From Gemmatimonadota bacterium (GTDB taxonomy: Bacteria; Gemmatimonadota; Gemmatimonadetes; Gemmatimonadales; Gemmatimonadaceae), in assembly GCA_025358315.1 (NCBI GenBank), contig JANYKA010000041.1, forward strand, positions 1-61,944: DNA of 61,944 nucleotides, read 5' to 3'. The position numbers and the translations under genes were made by a program. The notes beneath the pieces were generated by a model. The model had not been told where the DNA came from. It did no database searches and was given only the letters and a program-made list of their open reading frames with translations. The number at the start of each line of letters is the position of its first letter. The first letter of the stretch is position 1. This document shows, piece after piece, positions 37,717 to 46,197 of this stretch.

Positions 37717-40590
37717 GTGAAGGATCGCATAATCATCCGCGGCGCCCGCCAACACAATCTCAAGAACATCGACGTTGATATCCCGCGCCGGGCGATCACT
37801 GTTGTGACCGGTCCGTCGGGCTCCGGAAAATCATCGTTAGCATTCGATACGATCTACGCCGAAGGGCAGCGCCGCTACGTCGAATCGCTCTCGGCGTATG
37901 CGCGCCAGTTTCTCGAGCGGATGAAAAAACCCGACGTCGATTTTATCGACGGACTGTCGCCAGCCGTTGCGATCGAGCAGAAGAATCCGACGCGTACATC
38001 GCGTTCCACGGTCGGGACCGCCACCGAGATCTACGACTATCTCCGCCTGCTCTGGGCCCGCGTCGGACACACCATCTGCCCAGTCTGCGGACGCGAACTC
38101 AAGCCCGATACAGCGCAATCGGCCGCCGACGTAGTGCTGGCGCTGCCAGCTGGCACGCGCGTGATGATTGCCTTCCCTCTCCGGCTTTCGTCGAAAGTCA
38201 CGCACAAGCAGGCGGTAGAGAATCTGAAGGCAAAAGCGTTCGTCCGCGTCGTCGCCGATGGCGTAACGCTGCATTTGGATGAGCTCCCACCAAAAACAAA
38301 TCTCGCCAAGGCCAAAGAACTGTTGGTCGTGATCGATCGCCTGTCGGCCGCAGCAGAAAATCAGGCCAGGATCACCGATGCATTCGAGATTGCCTTCACG
38401 GAAGGCGACGGTGATGCGATCGCGCTGCTCGCCGACAGTTCGACGCGCCACAATTTCACGACGCGATTCCAGTGCCCGAACGACGGGCATCAGGCCCCGG
38501 CGCCGTCACCACAACTGTTCAGTTTCAATAGTCCGACCGGCGCCTGCCCCACCTGCAATGGCTTCGGCGCCACATTGGAGTACGATGTCGCACTGATGGT
38601 GCCCTACCCCGACCGTACGCTGAAAGACGGCGCCATCGAAGTCTGGAATGCTCCGCGCTACGACAACAAACGCCGCGCCCTCGCCGAATTCGCAAAGAAA
38701 GAGGGCATCCCTACCGACATCGCATGGCACCGTCTATCGGCGGAGCAGCACAACAAACTGCTCCACGGGAAATCGAAAGAAACGAAAGGGAAAAAAGAAT
38801 TCGTTGGCGCCTTCGATCATCTCAAAGCGCTCGAGCCGAAAAAATACAAGCAGTACATTCGCATTTACCTGCGGCAATTCCAGACAGCCCAGAGCTGCCC
38901 CACCTGCCACGGCGCCAAGCTCCAGGCCGACGCGCTCAATGTGAAGATCGGCGGCAAGACCATCGCCGATGTCGCGGCGATGCCGATCGACCTGCTCAGC
39001 GGATGGGCCGACTCACTTACCCTGTCGCCATCCGAAACACAGATCGCCGCGCACATTCTGCGCGAGGCGCGCAATCGCATCCGTTTTCTGTGCGACGTCG
39101 GGCTCACCTATCTCACACTCGATCGCGCTACCCGCACGCTCTCCGGCGGCGAAGCACAACGCATTGGTCTCTCCAATTCACTCGGGTCACAACTCGTCGA
39201 TACGACCTACGTCCTCGACGAGCCTAGCATCGGACTTCATCCCCGCGACGTCGACCGGCTGCTTGGACTTCTCGAGCGTCTGCGAGACGGCGGCAACACG
39301 GTGATTGTCGTGGAGCATGATCTCGAAGCGATACGGCACGCCGACTGGATGATCGAACTCGGGCCTGGCAGCGGCGAGAACGGCGGCGAAGTCGTGTTCT
39401 CCGGCCCCATCGCCAGAGCAGCCGAGAGCCCGCTCACGGGACAGTATCTGACCGGCGCACGGACAATTCCGCTGCCGGAAGCGCGGCGGGCCGTCGGCCC
39501 CCGCTGGCTGACACTGACCGGCGCGCGCGAGCACAATCTGCGTGGCGTAGACATCAAGATTCCGCTCGGCGCACTGACGGTCGTGACCGGAGTCAGCGGG
39601 AGCGGGAAAAGTACGCTGGTACACGATGTGCTCTATCGCGCCCTCGAACAGCGCATCACTGGCGAGCATTCAGCCAAGCAACATCTCGGAGAAAAAGTTG
39701 GGGCGTTCGCCGGGATCACCGGATACGAGTCACTCGAGAACGCGGTGCTCATTGACCAGGAGCCAATCGGCCGGTCGCCGCGCTCCAATCCCGTGACATA
39801 CATCAAAGCGTTCGATGAAATCCGCCGGATATTCGCCGACGTGCCACTTTCACGTGAACGGAAATACACGGCCAGCACATTCAGCTTCAATGTTCCGGGT
39901 GGCCGTTGCGAAAAATGTGAGGGCGCGGGCTATATCGAAATTGAAATGCTGTTCATGGCCGATGTGTACGTGCCATGCGAAGAGTGCCAGGGCGCACGCT
40001 ATAAACCCGCCGTGACCGAGGTGAAATATTTCGGCAAGAGCATTGTCGACGTGCTTGAACTCACTGTCGACCAGGCGATCCGGTTCTTCCCGCACGAAGA
40101 AAAACTTGGCCAGGCGCTCTGGCAGGTACAGCAGGTTGGTCTCGGCTATCTCCGGCTCGGCCAACCCGCGACCACCCTTTCGGGCGGCGAAGCGCAACGG
40201 CTCAAAATTGCCCGTGAACTTGCGCTTTCGGCGAAAAAGAGTGGGCGCAAATTGTACGTACTGGACGAACCGACAACCGGTTTGCATCTCGAAGACATTC
40301 GCAAGCTCGCGACCGTGTTGGACCGGCTCGTTGACGCCGGCCATACCGTGATATTGATCGAACACAATCTCGATGTGATCAAACTTGCCGACTGGGTGAT
40401 CGATCTCGGGCCGGACGGCGGGAGTGCGGGCGGCCGCCTAGTGGCGATCGGGCGGCCCGAAGAAGTCGCGGCGGTCGCAGACTCGCACACCGGCCGCTGG
40501 CTCGCACCGTTGCTCGGGACGGGTGGCATAACCGAGAAGAAACCAAAGACGTCAGACCCCCGACGCGCCCGTACGCGTCTTCTGAAGTAA
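37717..40590 (+). CDS. uvrA: excinuclease ABC subunit A (UvrA)
   Basis: 957-aa ORF with a GTG start. It has two ABC ATPase modules ([33 protein letters not shown] twice) and zinc modules (CPVCG, CPTCNG, CEKCEG...CEEC). Confidence 0.95.
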   Translation: MKDRIIIRGARQHNLKNIDVDIPRRAITVVTGPSGSGKSSLAFDTIYAEGQRRYVESLSAYARQFLERMKKPDVDFIDGLSPAVAIEQKNPTRTSRSTVGTATEIYDYLRLLWARVGHTICPVCGRELKPDTAQSAADVVLALPAGTRVMIAFPLRLSSKVTHKQAVENLKAKAFVRVVADGVTLHLDELPPKTNLAKAKELLVVIDRLSAAAENQARITDAFEIAFTEGDGDAIALLADSSTRHNFTTRFQCPNDGHQAPAPSPQLFSFNSPTGACPTCNGFGATLEYDVALMVPYPDRTLKDGAIEVWNAPRYDNKRRALAEFAKKEGIPTDIAWHRLSAEQHNKLLHGKSKETKGKKEFVGAFDHLKALEPKKYKQYIRIYLRQFQTAQSCPTCHGAKLQADALNVKIGGKTIADVAAMPIDLLSGWADSLTLSPSETQIAAHILREARNRIRFLCDVGLTYLTLDRATRTLSGGEAQRIGLSNSLGSQLVDTTYVLDEPSIGLHPRDVDRLLGLLERLRDGGNTVIVVEHDLEAIRHADWMIELGPGSGENGGEVVFSGPIARAAESPLTGQYLTGARTIPLPEARRAVGPRWLTLTGAREHNLRGVDIKIPLGALTVVTGVSGSGKSTLVHDVLYRALEQRITGEHSAKQHLGEKVGAFAGITGYESLENAVLIDQEPIGRSPRSNPVTYIKAFDEIRRIFADVPLSRERKYTASTFSFNVPGGRCEKCEGAGYIEIEMLFMADVYVPCEECQGARYKPAVTEVKYFGKSIVDVLELTVDQAIRFFPHEEKLGQALWQVQQVGLGYLRLGQPATTLSGGEAQRLKIARELALSAKKSGRKLYVLDEPTTGLHLEDIRKLATVLDRLVDAGHTVILIEHNLDVIKLADWVIDLGPDGGSAGGRLVAIGRPEEVAAVADSHTGRWLAPLLGTGGITEKKPKTSDPRRARTRLLK

Positions 40591-40624
40591 CTCCGACGCG
40601 CGCGTACGCGTCTTCCGAAGTAAC
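40560..40624 (+). repeat. 33-nt-period tandem duplication spanning the uvrA stop codon
   Basis: CCGACGCGCCCGTACGCGTCTTCTGAAGTAAC (40560-40591) is repeated as CCGACGCGCGCGTACGCGTCTTCCGAAGTAAC (40593-40624). Each unit contains a GACGCG...CGCGTC hairpin and a TAA. Confidence 0.85.
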
Positions 40625-40647
40625 AGCTCCCCTTACGGACTAACACC

Positions 40648-41502
40648 ATGTCAAAAATTGCATTTCTCGGGACCGGCCTGCTCGGCGCCGCCTTTGCCGA
40701 AGCCGCCGCCAAACGCGGCGACACGGTTACCGCATGGAACCGCTCACCGGACAAAGCACGCGCGCTTGAAACATTTGGCGTGGTCGCCGCAGCGTCACCT
40801 GCCGACGCCGTCCGCGGCGCCACTCGCGTGCACATCGTGCTGAAGGACGATGCCGTTGTCGAAGAGGTGTTGGCAGCAGCGCGCGCCGGACTGTCGCCCG
40901 ACGCCATCGTCATTGATCACACCACGACGCTTCCAACGCTCACTGCCGATCGCGCCAAACGTCTGAACGCCGCCGGCGTGAAGTACCTGCACTGCCCCGT
41001 CTTTATGGGCCCGCCGGCAGCCCGGAATGCGCAGGGCACGATGATGGTCGCTGGACCAAAAGCACTTTATGAGAGCGTGAAGGCCGATCTCGCAAAAATG
41101 ACCGGCCGAGTCGAATATTTCGGCGAGCGCGCCGACATCGCTGCCGTGAATAAATTGTTCGGCAACGCCATGATCATCGGCGTCGCCGCCGTGATGGCCG
41201 ATGTTTTCACGATCGCGCAAGCGAGCAACGTGAGTGCCGATGATGCCATCCGAACGCTTGGCTTTTTCGATTTGAATTCTCTCGTGTCGGGTCGCGGCGC
41301 CGCCATGGCCAAGGGCAACTTCACGGCCAGTTTTGAGCTGACGATGGCCCGCAAAGATGTCCGGCTGATGCTCGAGACCGCGGGAAGCAGGCCAATGTCG
41401 GCTTTGCCGGCCGTTGCGGCGCGGATGGATCAGCTGATTGCCGCTGGACATGGCGCCGATGACGCCAGCGTGCTCGGTATTGATGCTGTGCAACGGACAT
41501 AA
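40648..41502 (+). CDS. NAD(P)-dependent oxidoreductase (3-hydroxyisobutyrate / 6-phosphogluconate dehydrogenase-like)
   Basis: 284-aa ORF with an N-terminal Rossmann motif IAFLGTGLLGAAFAEAAAKRG. Overall length and helix-rich C-terminus fit the beta-hydroxyacid dehydrogenase family. Confidence 0.75.
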   Translation: MSKIAFLGTGLLGAAFAEAAAKRGDTVTAWNRSPDKARALETFGVVAAASPADAVRGATRVHIVLKDDAVVEEVLAAARAGLSPDAIVIDHTTTLPTLTADRAKRLNAAGVKYLHCPVFMGPPAARNAQGTMMVAGPKALYESVKADLAKMTGRVEYFGERADIAAVNKLFGNAMIIGVAAVMADVFTIAQASNVSADDAIRTLGFFDLNSLVSGRGAAMAKGNFTASFELTMARKDVRLMLETAGSRPMSALPAVAARMDQLIAAGHGADDASVLGIDAVQRT

Positions 41503-41555
41503 GACAGACCCAAGCGTTGACCTGCCCTCTCACACCGTCTAGTTTTCGGGTTCCT

Positions 41556-41627
41556 TCCCGAGTAGCTCAGGGGTAGAGCAGGCGACTGTTAATCGCCGGG
41601 TCGGGGGTTCAAATCCCTCCTCGGGAG
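41556..41627 (+). tRNA. tRNA-Asn (anticodon GTT)
   Basis: A cloverleaf folds by hand with acceptor TCCCGAG/CTCGGGA, D-arm GCTC-AGGGGTA-GAGC and anticodon arm GGCGA-CTGTTAA-TCGCC. The T-arm is GGGGG-TTCAAAT-CCCTC and the discriminator is G. CCA is not encoded. Confidence 0.9.
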
Positions 41628-41633
41628 CTGTGT

Positions 41634-41677
41634 AAGCGGGACGCGGGCCGACAGGCCTGCGTCCCGCTTTTCTTTTT
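41634..41677 (+). terminator. rho-independent terminator after tRNA-Asn
   Basis: An 11-bp GC-rich stem AAGCGGGACGC (41634-41644) pairs with GCGTCCCGCTT (41659-41669) and is followed by TTCTTTTTG. Confidence 0.85.
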
Positions 41678-41709
41678 GCCCTTGCCCGACCGCGCGCGCA
41701 GTGGCCAGA

Positions 41710-42288
41710 CTAGCCGTCGTGAAAGAACGACTCGACCTCGGCGACCGACTTCACGCCCCACAAAATCTTCCCGTCCTGGCGAATCACCCGCGGCACTCCG
41801 CCGAGCCGTTCGGTGGCCCAGTCGAGATCCCAGTCATTCGCCATATCTTCTGCGTCCGGATGATCGAGCTCGACAAATCGCGGCACCGCGCACTGGTCGG
41901 CCACATGCTGTAACTGCGCCATATCCGAGAGGTCAACACCGTCCCGCCAGTACGCGCGATAGAGCGCATCGCGGAATGCCGCGGCCCGCACCGGGTGCTG
42001 ACGCATCACGCTGATCACCGCAATAATAGCCCGCGAAGTGTTCGGTTTTCCCTTTGGCAACCTGATGATCAGCCCAGGCACGCGACGGCCCAGATCGGTG
42101 AGTTCATCATCGAGCACATTGATGGCGCGGCGGTCGAGTGCGCGCATCGGCATCGGCAGGCCAGGTGACTGCTGCACGCCTTTCCACGTGACCGCGCCAC
42201 TGCGTCCGAGCGCGACCAGCTGCTCGCTAAGTGCATAGCACTCGGCGGATGTGAAGTCGGAATACAGCGTATAGGCAGGCATGGGCAA
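41710..42288 (-). CDS. DsbA-family thioredoxin-fold protein with a degenerate active site
   Basis: 192-aa ORF. The N-terminal YSDFTSAECYAL aligns with the FSDFxCPWCY motif of DsbA/FrnE-like proteins, but only the second Cys is retained. Confidence 0.65.
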   Translation of the reverse strand: MPMPAYTLYSDFTSAECYALSEQLVALGRSGAVTWKGVQQSPGLPMPMRALDRRAINVLDDELTDLGRRVPGLIIRLPKGKPNTSRAIIAVISVMRQHPVRAAAFRDALYRAYWRDGVDLSDMAQLQHVADQCAVPRFVELDHPDAEDMANDWDLDWATERLGGVPRVIRQDGKILWGVKSVAEVESFFHDG

Positions 42289-42392
42289 TCCTCTCTTTCC
42301 CTAGTCTATCAGCTTCACCCGGTACTCCACCACCCGGCCCTCGCGCGCCGCGTCGGATTCCCGAACACGCCTCACCGAGGCATATTTAGGGT

Positions 42393-42878
42393 ATGTCCGC
42401 TCCGCTTGTTGGCGTCATCATGGGAAGTAAGAGCGATTACGACACGCTCGCCCCGGCCTGCGAACTGCTCACCCATCTCGGTGTGCCGTTCGAGACAAAA
42501 ATCGTCAGCGCCCATCGCACGCCCGACGCGATGTTCGAGTACGCAGAGCATGCCGAGAAGCGCGGACTGCTCTGCATTATCGCGGCAGCCGGTGGCGCGG
42601 CGCACTTGCCAGGTATGGTCGCCAGCAAGACGCTGGTCCCGGTGCTCGGTGTGCCAGTACCGGCAACCGCGCTTAACGGTCTCGACGCGCTGTTGAGCAT
42701 CGTACAAATGCCGGCCGGCGTTCCCGTTGGCACACTGGCGATCGGCAAACCGGGCGCAACGAACGCGGCAATCCTTGCCGCCGAGATTGTTGGAGCGCAC
42801 CATCCTGACGTACGCGAAAAACTTCGTGCGTGGCGCGACAGCCGGGCGAAAGACGTGCTCGCCCAGACGCTGCCGTGA
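42393..42878 (+). CDS. purE: N5-carboxyaminoimidazole ribonucleotide mutase (PurE)
   Basis: 161-aa ORF with motifs VGVIMGSKSDYDT, SAHRTPD, AAGGAAHLPGM and VPVGTLAIG. Confidence 0.95.
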   Translation: MSAPLVGVIMGSKSDYDTLAPACELLTHLGVPFETKIVSAHRTPDAMFEYAEHAEKRGLLCIIAAAGGAAHLPGMVASKTLVPVLGVPVPATALNGLDALLSIVQMPAGVPVGTLAIGKPGATNAAILAAEIVGAHHPDVREKLRAWRDSRAKDVLAQTLP

Positions 42879-44044
42879 CCGCGGGGTCGCGCCATCACAA
42901 AGCGATTCTTCCCGGCGCGACGATCGGATTTCTCGGCGGTGGACAGCTCGGCCGGATGACGGCGATGGCCGCCCGGTCGATGGGCTACGACGTGCAACTG
43001 CTGGACCCCGACGCTGACTGCAGCGCCAAGCCAATGGCCAGTCGATGCATCACGGCTCCGTGGAACGATGCGGCCGCCGCCGCCGAGCTCGCCCGCGGAT
43101 GTGACGTGGTGACACTCGAAATCGAACAGATTCCGATGGTAACTCTCGAAGCGGTCGCTGAGCACGCGCCGCTACATCCGCGCGCTACCGCAGTCTTCAC
43201 GATTCAAGACCGCGCCCGTCAACGCGAGTGGCTCGCGGCGCAGGATTTTCCGCAGGGAGAATTCAGGATTGCGAACACCGAGCAGGAATGCGTTGCTGCC
43301 ATCGCGGCACTCGGCGCTTCGATCGTGAAATCCTCACACGGCGGATATGACGGCCGTGGACAAATGCGCGTACCGCGTGGCGGCGACGGGATGGCCGCGT
43401 GGCAAGCGGTTGGCGCGGCACGATCGGTGGTCGAGCAGTTCCTGCCAATTCGCGAGGAGCTGAGCGTGCTTGTGGCGCGCGCAGAGAGTGGGGCGATCGC
43501 CGTGTACCCGCCATCACGCAATCATCACACCGATGGCGTGCTCACGTGGGCCGTTGTGCCCGGCGGCTTTCCCAAAGCGCTCGAACATCGCGCCACGGAA
43601 CTTGCGTCGGCAATTGCCGAGCGGCTTGGCATTGTCGGACTGCTGGCGGTGGAACTGTTTCATCTGGAAGGTGGCGAATTATTCGTAAACGAACTCGCCC
43701 CACGACCGCACAATACGTACCACCACAGCGAGCGCTCCTGCGTAACCAGTCAATTCGAGCAGTTGGTTCGCGCCATCTGTGGGCTGCCACTCGGCGATAC
43801 CGATGTGATCAGCCCCGGGGCGATCCATAATCTGCTCGGCGATCTCTGGATCGACGGCCGCGCACCCAATTTCGTGCCCGCACTCGCCGTACCCGGCGTG
43901 CGACTGCATCTATACGGTAAGCGCGAGGCACGGCCGGGCCGGAAGATGGGCCATCTTTCCGCCGTCGCGGCAACGCATCAAGAGGCTCTCGCGCGCGTGT
44001 GCGAGGCGTACGAACTTCTGAGCAATACTCCGGACCGCCAATGA
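42875..44044 (+). CDS. purK: N5-carboxyaminoimidazole ribonucleotide synthase (PurK)
   Basis: I trimmed the start to the GTG at 42875, which forms a GTGA overlap with the purE stop. The ORF has the motif GFLGGGQLGRM and an ATP-grasp body ending in KMGHL. Confidence 0.9.
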   Translation: MTAGSRHHKAILPGATIGFLGGGQLGRMTAMAARSMGYDVQLLDPDADCSAKPMASRCITAPWNDAAAAAELARGCDVVTLEIEQIPMVTLEAVAEHAPLHPRATAVFTIQDRARQREWLAAQDFPQGEFRIANTEQECVAAIAALGASIVKSSHGGYDGRGQMRVPRGGDGMAAWQAVGAARSVVEQFLPIREELSVLVARAESGAIAVYPPSRNHHTDGVLTWAVVPGGFPKALEHRATELASAIAERLGIVGLLAVELFHLEGGELFVNELAPRPHNTYHHSERSCVTSQFEQLVRAICGLPLGDTDVISPGAIHNLLGDLWIDGRAPNFVPALAVPGVRLHLYGKREARPGRKMGHLSAVAATHQEALARVCEAYELLSNTPDRQ

Positions 44045-44496
44045 CACTCCCTGCCGATTCCCCCGCTCCGACCTTTCACGAGATGAACAGCGCCGAGTGT
44101 GATGCGCTGCTGACGCGCAATCACGTCGGCCGCATTGCGTTTAGCTATCGCGATCACGTGGACATTGAGCCGATTCACTATGTATATGCGGACGGCTGGA
44201 TTTATGGTCGCACGACATATGGGACAAAGCTTCGCACGCTGGCGCACAATCGTTGGCTGGCATTTGAAACCGATGAAATATCGGCGCTATTTGATTGGAA
44301 ATCCGTGGTGGTCAAAGGTGCGTTGTACGTGCTTGAGCCGGGCGGTGCGCGGGGGGAGAATTATCTCAAGGCGCTCGAACTGATCCGGTCGCTTTCGCCG
44401 AATGCATTGACGCAGAGTGATCCGGCGCCAGAGCGCACGGTGCTGTTTCGCATCCATGCGGACCAAATTACGGGCCGGTCGTCGCGGACGGACTAG
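44041..44496 (+). CDS. pyridoxamine 5'-phosphate oxidase-like flavin-binding split-barrel protein
   Basis: I trimmed the start to the ATG at 44041, which forms an ATGA overlap with the purK stop. ECDALLTRNHVGRIAFSYRDHVDIEPIHYVYADGWIYGRT resembles the Pyridox_ox_2-type family. Confidence 0.65.
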   Translation: MTLPADSPAPTFHEMNSAECDALLTRNHVGRIAFSYRDHVDIEPIHYVYADGWIYGRTTYGTKLRTLAHNRWLAFETDEISALFDWKSVVVKGALYVLEPGGARGENYLKALELIRSLSPNALTQSDPAPERTVLFRIHADQITGRSSRTD

Positions 44497-44520
44497 CCAC
44501 TCCGCCTGCTTGCCGAGTCC

Positions 44521-44940
44521 GCGCGCGGTCGGGCCCGAGGGGTTTGCTTCTGTGCGCGCGGTCGGGCCCGAGGGGTTTGCTTCTGTGCGCGCGGTCGGGC
44601 CCGAGGGTCTCCCTTCGGCTCGCGTCGCCTTACACGCTGCGAGCCTCGCGCTGCGCGCGAGTCTCTTGCTACGGCGAGGGCTCGCCTGCGCGAGACCCTC
44701 GGGCCCGCCCGCCGAGCTTCATGTGACGCCGGCGGGCAAACCGTGCATCGCGCACGGGCCAGTCCAGGTCGGGCGTGCGCATTCGCTCCACAGGGCCCCG
44801 TGGCTGCCGTGTGCCATGGGCCGAGTAGGCCGATGGCATACGGATGCCACTTGCAGGCCCGAAGGAGTGAATGCGCTTGCCGGACCATGCGCTCGATCAT
44901 GCGCTCGATCATGCGCCCGACCGCGCGCCCAACCGCGCGC
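44521..44940. repeat. repeat-dense, hairpin-rich non-coding island
   Basis: A 33-nt unit GCGCGCGGTCGGGCCCGAGGGGTTTGCTTCTGT occurs 2.7 times in tandem (44521-44608). A 16-bp stem pairs 44596-44611 with 44692-44707. A 12-nt unit CATGCGCTCGAT occurs about 3 times (44886-44921). GCCCGACCGCGCGC (44915-44928) is the reverse complement of the start of each 33-nt unit. Confidence 0.9.
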
Positions 44941-45008
44941 ACCGAAAGTCAGCGTAGATTGCACGCGACAGACGGGAACTCACCGCGCCTCTCGCGGCTA
45001 GTTCCTTC

Positions 45009-45623
45009 GTGACCCTCGCCGTGCGAAATCCAATGCCAGCACCCAAGCAATCCGCCGCCGAATTCGAAGCCGAGACGGTGCGATTTTTGCCGGATGTCAT
45101 GCGGTTTGCGCGGTCGCTCACGCGAAACGTGGACGATGCGGACGATCTCGTGCAGGATACCTATCTGCGCGCCTATCGGGCCCGTGACACGTTTCAGTCC
45201 GGCACGAGCACCCGACAGTGGTTGTTCACGATTTGCCGCAATTCCTTTTTACGGACGCGCGATCGGAGCAAATGGGTGACGACCGTCGAAGGCGACGCGA
45301 CGCTGGAAGTGCTGGCGAGTGTGGGGTTGCACACGGATGCGGAAAGTGGCGGCTATGCCGATATTTTCGACCGTGTCGATTTTGGCCCCGCGCTTGAAAA
45401 AGCGATGGCGAAATTGTCCGAGCCTTTTCGCGTCGTGTTTGCATTGGTGGACCTTGGCGATCAGTCGTATGCCGAGGTCGCCGAGTCGTTGAATATTCCT
45501 GTGGGCACTGTGCGGTCGCGGCTCTTTCGTGCGCGGCGGGAGCTGCAATCATCCCTGATCGATTTTGCGCGCGACGCCGGGATTGCCCCTCGAGCGCCTT
45601 CACACAAGGAGAGTACATCATGA
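45009..45623 (+). CDS. ECF-type RNA polymerase sigma-70 family factor
   Basis: 204-aa ORF from the GTG at 45009, with a more likely ATG at 45036. Region 2 reads DDLVQDTYLRAYRARDTF and region 4 reads SYAEVAESLNIPVGTVRSRLFRARREL. Confidence 0.9.
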   Translation: MTLAVRNPMPAPKQSAAEFEAETVRFLPDVMRFARSLTRNVDDADDLVQDTYLRAYRARDTFQSGTSTRQWLFTICRNSFLRTRDRSKWVTTVEGDATLEVLASVGLHTDAESGGYADIFDRVDFGPALEKAMAKLSEPFRVVFALVDLGDQSYAEVAESLNIPVGTVRSRLFRARRELQSSLIDFARDAGIAPRAPSHKESTS

Positions 45624-45862
45624 CGACGACGCCGTCGCTCGACTGCCTGTCGGTAGTCAAAGAACTGTGGGACTATTTGGATGGCGAACTGGATACGGCG
45701 CGATGGGAAGCCGTACGCCAGCATTTGAGTGCGTGTACGGGCTGCGCATCGCACGTGCAGTTTTGCCGGACGTTCGTGGATCGTGTGGCGACGGTGCCGA
45801 TGGATGAGCTGGCGGTGGCGGTGTTGCGTGAACGGGTGCTTAGTGCAATGCACGCTGGTTGA
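45620..45862 (+). CDS. zinc-binding anti-sigma factor (ZAS family), short cytoplasmic form
   Basis: 80-aa ORF with an ATGA overlap with the sigma gene. It carries the H-x3-C-x2-C motif (HLSACTGC). Confidence 0.8.
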   Translation: MTTTPSLDCLSVVKELWDYLDGELDTARWEAVRQHLSACTGCASHVQFCRTFVDRVATVPMDELAVAVLRERVLSAMHAG

Positions 45863-46197
45863 TGTTGGGATCACGCTGACTATCAAAACGACTCGTGGAA
45901 ACGCCGGAGAACGCCCGTTCTCCATACGGGAGCGGGGGTCGAATCTGACGTCGCCGAGAACTTTCCGATTCGCCTGATAAGGGCTATGTTTGACGCGGTT
46001 GAATTTAGGGTGGGCCGGGCCGGTCTATACGGGGTCAGTATGCGTCTCGAACAGCGTCGATGGGCAGGGCGGACGGGTGGACAGTCTCGTGTGCTTCCGA
46101 CGGGATCGCGCCATTTTTGCCGTCGGCGAATTGCGAACTGCACAAATACCGTAACCATCATCACCGTCGCCGAGCGCTGACCCGGTGCACAAACAGC

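Noticed and set aside
37435-37778. Several 76-106-aa ORFs on both strands through the 57-bp inverted repeat (GDAWEMRGRNWV repeats, SHASPT repeats).
   Set aside because: They are mirror-image products of the palindrome and heptamer array. Four overlapping frames cannot all be coding, and there is no independent coding signal.
41503-42300. Genomic island or prophage integration at tRNA-Asn.
   Set aside because: There is no integrase, no direct repeat of the tRNA 3' end that I could find downstream, and the flanking genes are ordinary housekeeping genes.
42289-42392. Purine riboswitch or other leader upstream of purE.
   Set aside because: I could not find the conserved purine-riboswitch junction and loop sequences in the 104-nt spacer. 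The spacer is more likely a plain divergent promoter, but only an Rfam scan could exclude a riboswitch.
44521-44608. Possible CRISPR array, considered here and also at 48632-48730 and 58523-58564.
   Set aside because: The repeats are directly abutting with no spacers. Units are 33, 9 and 7 nt. No cas genes are present in the window.
44417-45001. ORFs of 194 aa (plus strand) and 149 aa (minus strand, 44493-44942) running through the repeat island.
   Set aside because: Their sequences are just translations of the tandem and inverted repeats (VRAVGPEGFAS x3, ERMIERMI). They have no start context and are mutually overlapping on both strands.
45900-45930. A hairpin GGAGAAC-GCCC-GTTCTCC downstream of the anti-sigma gene, considered as an intrinsic terminator.
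   Set aside because: No U-tract follows it, so I did not list it as a feature. It may still act as a stabilising 3' stem.
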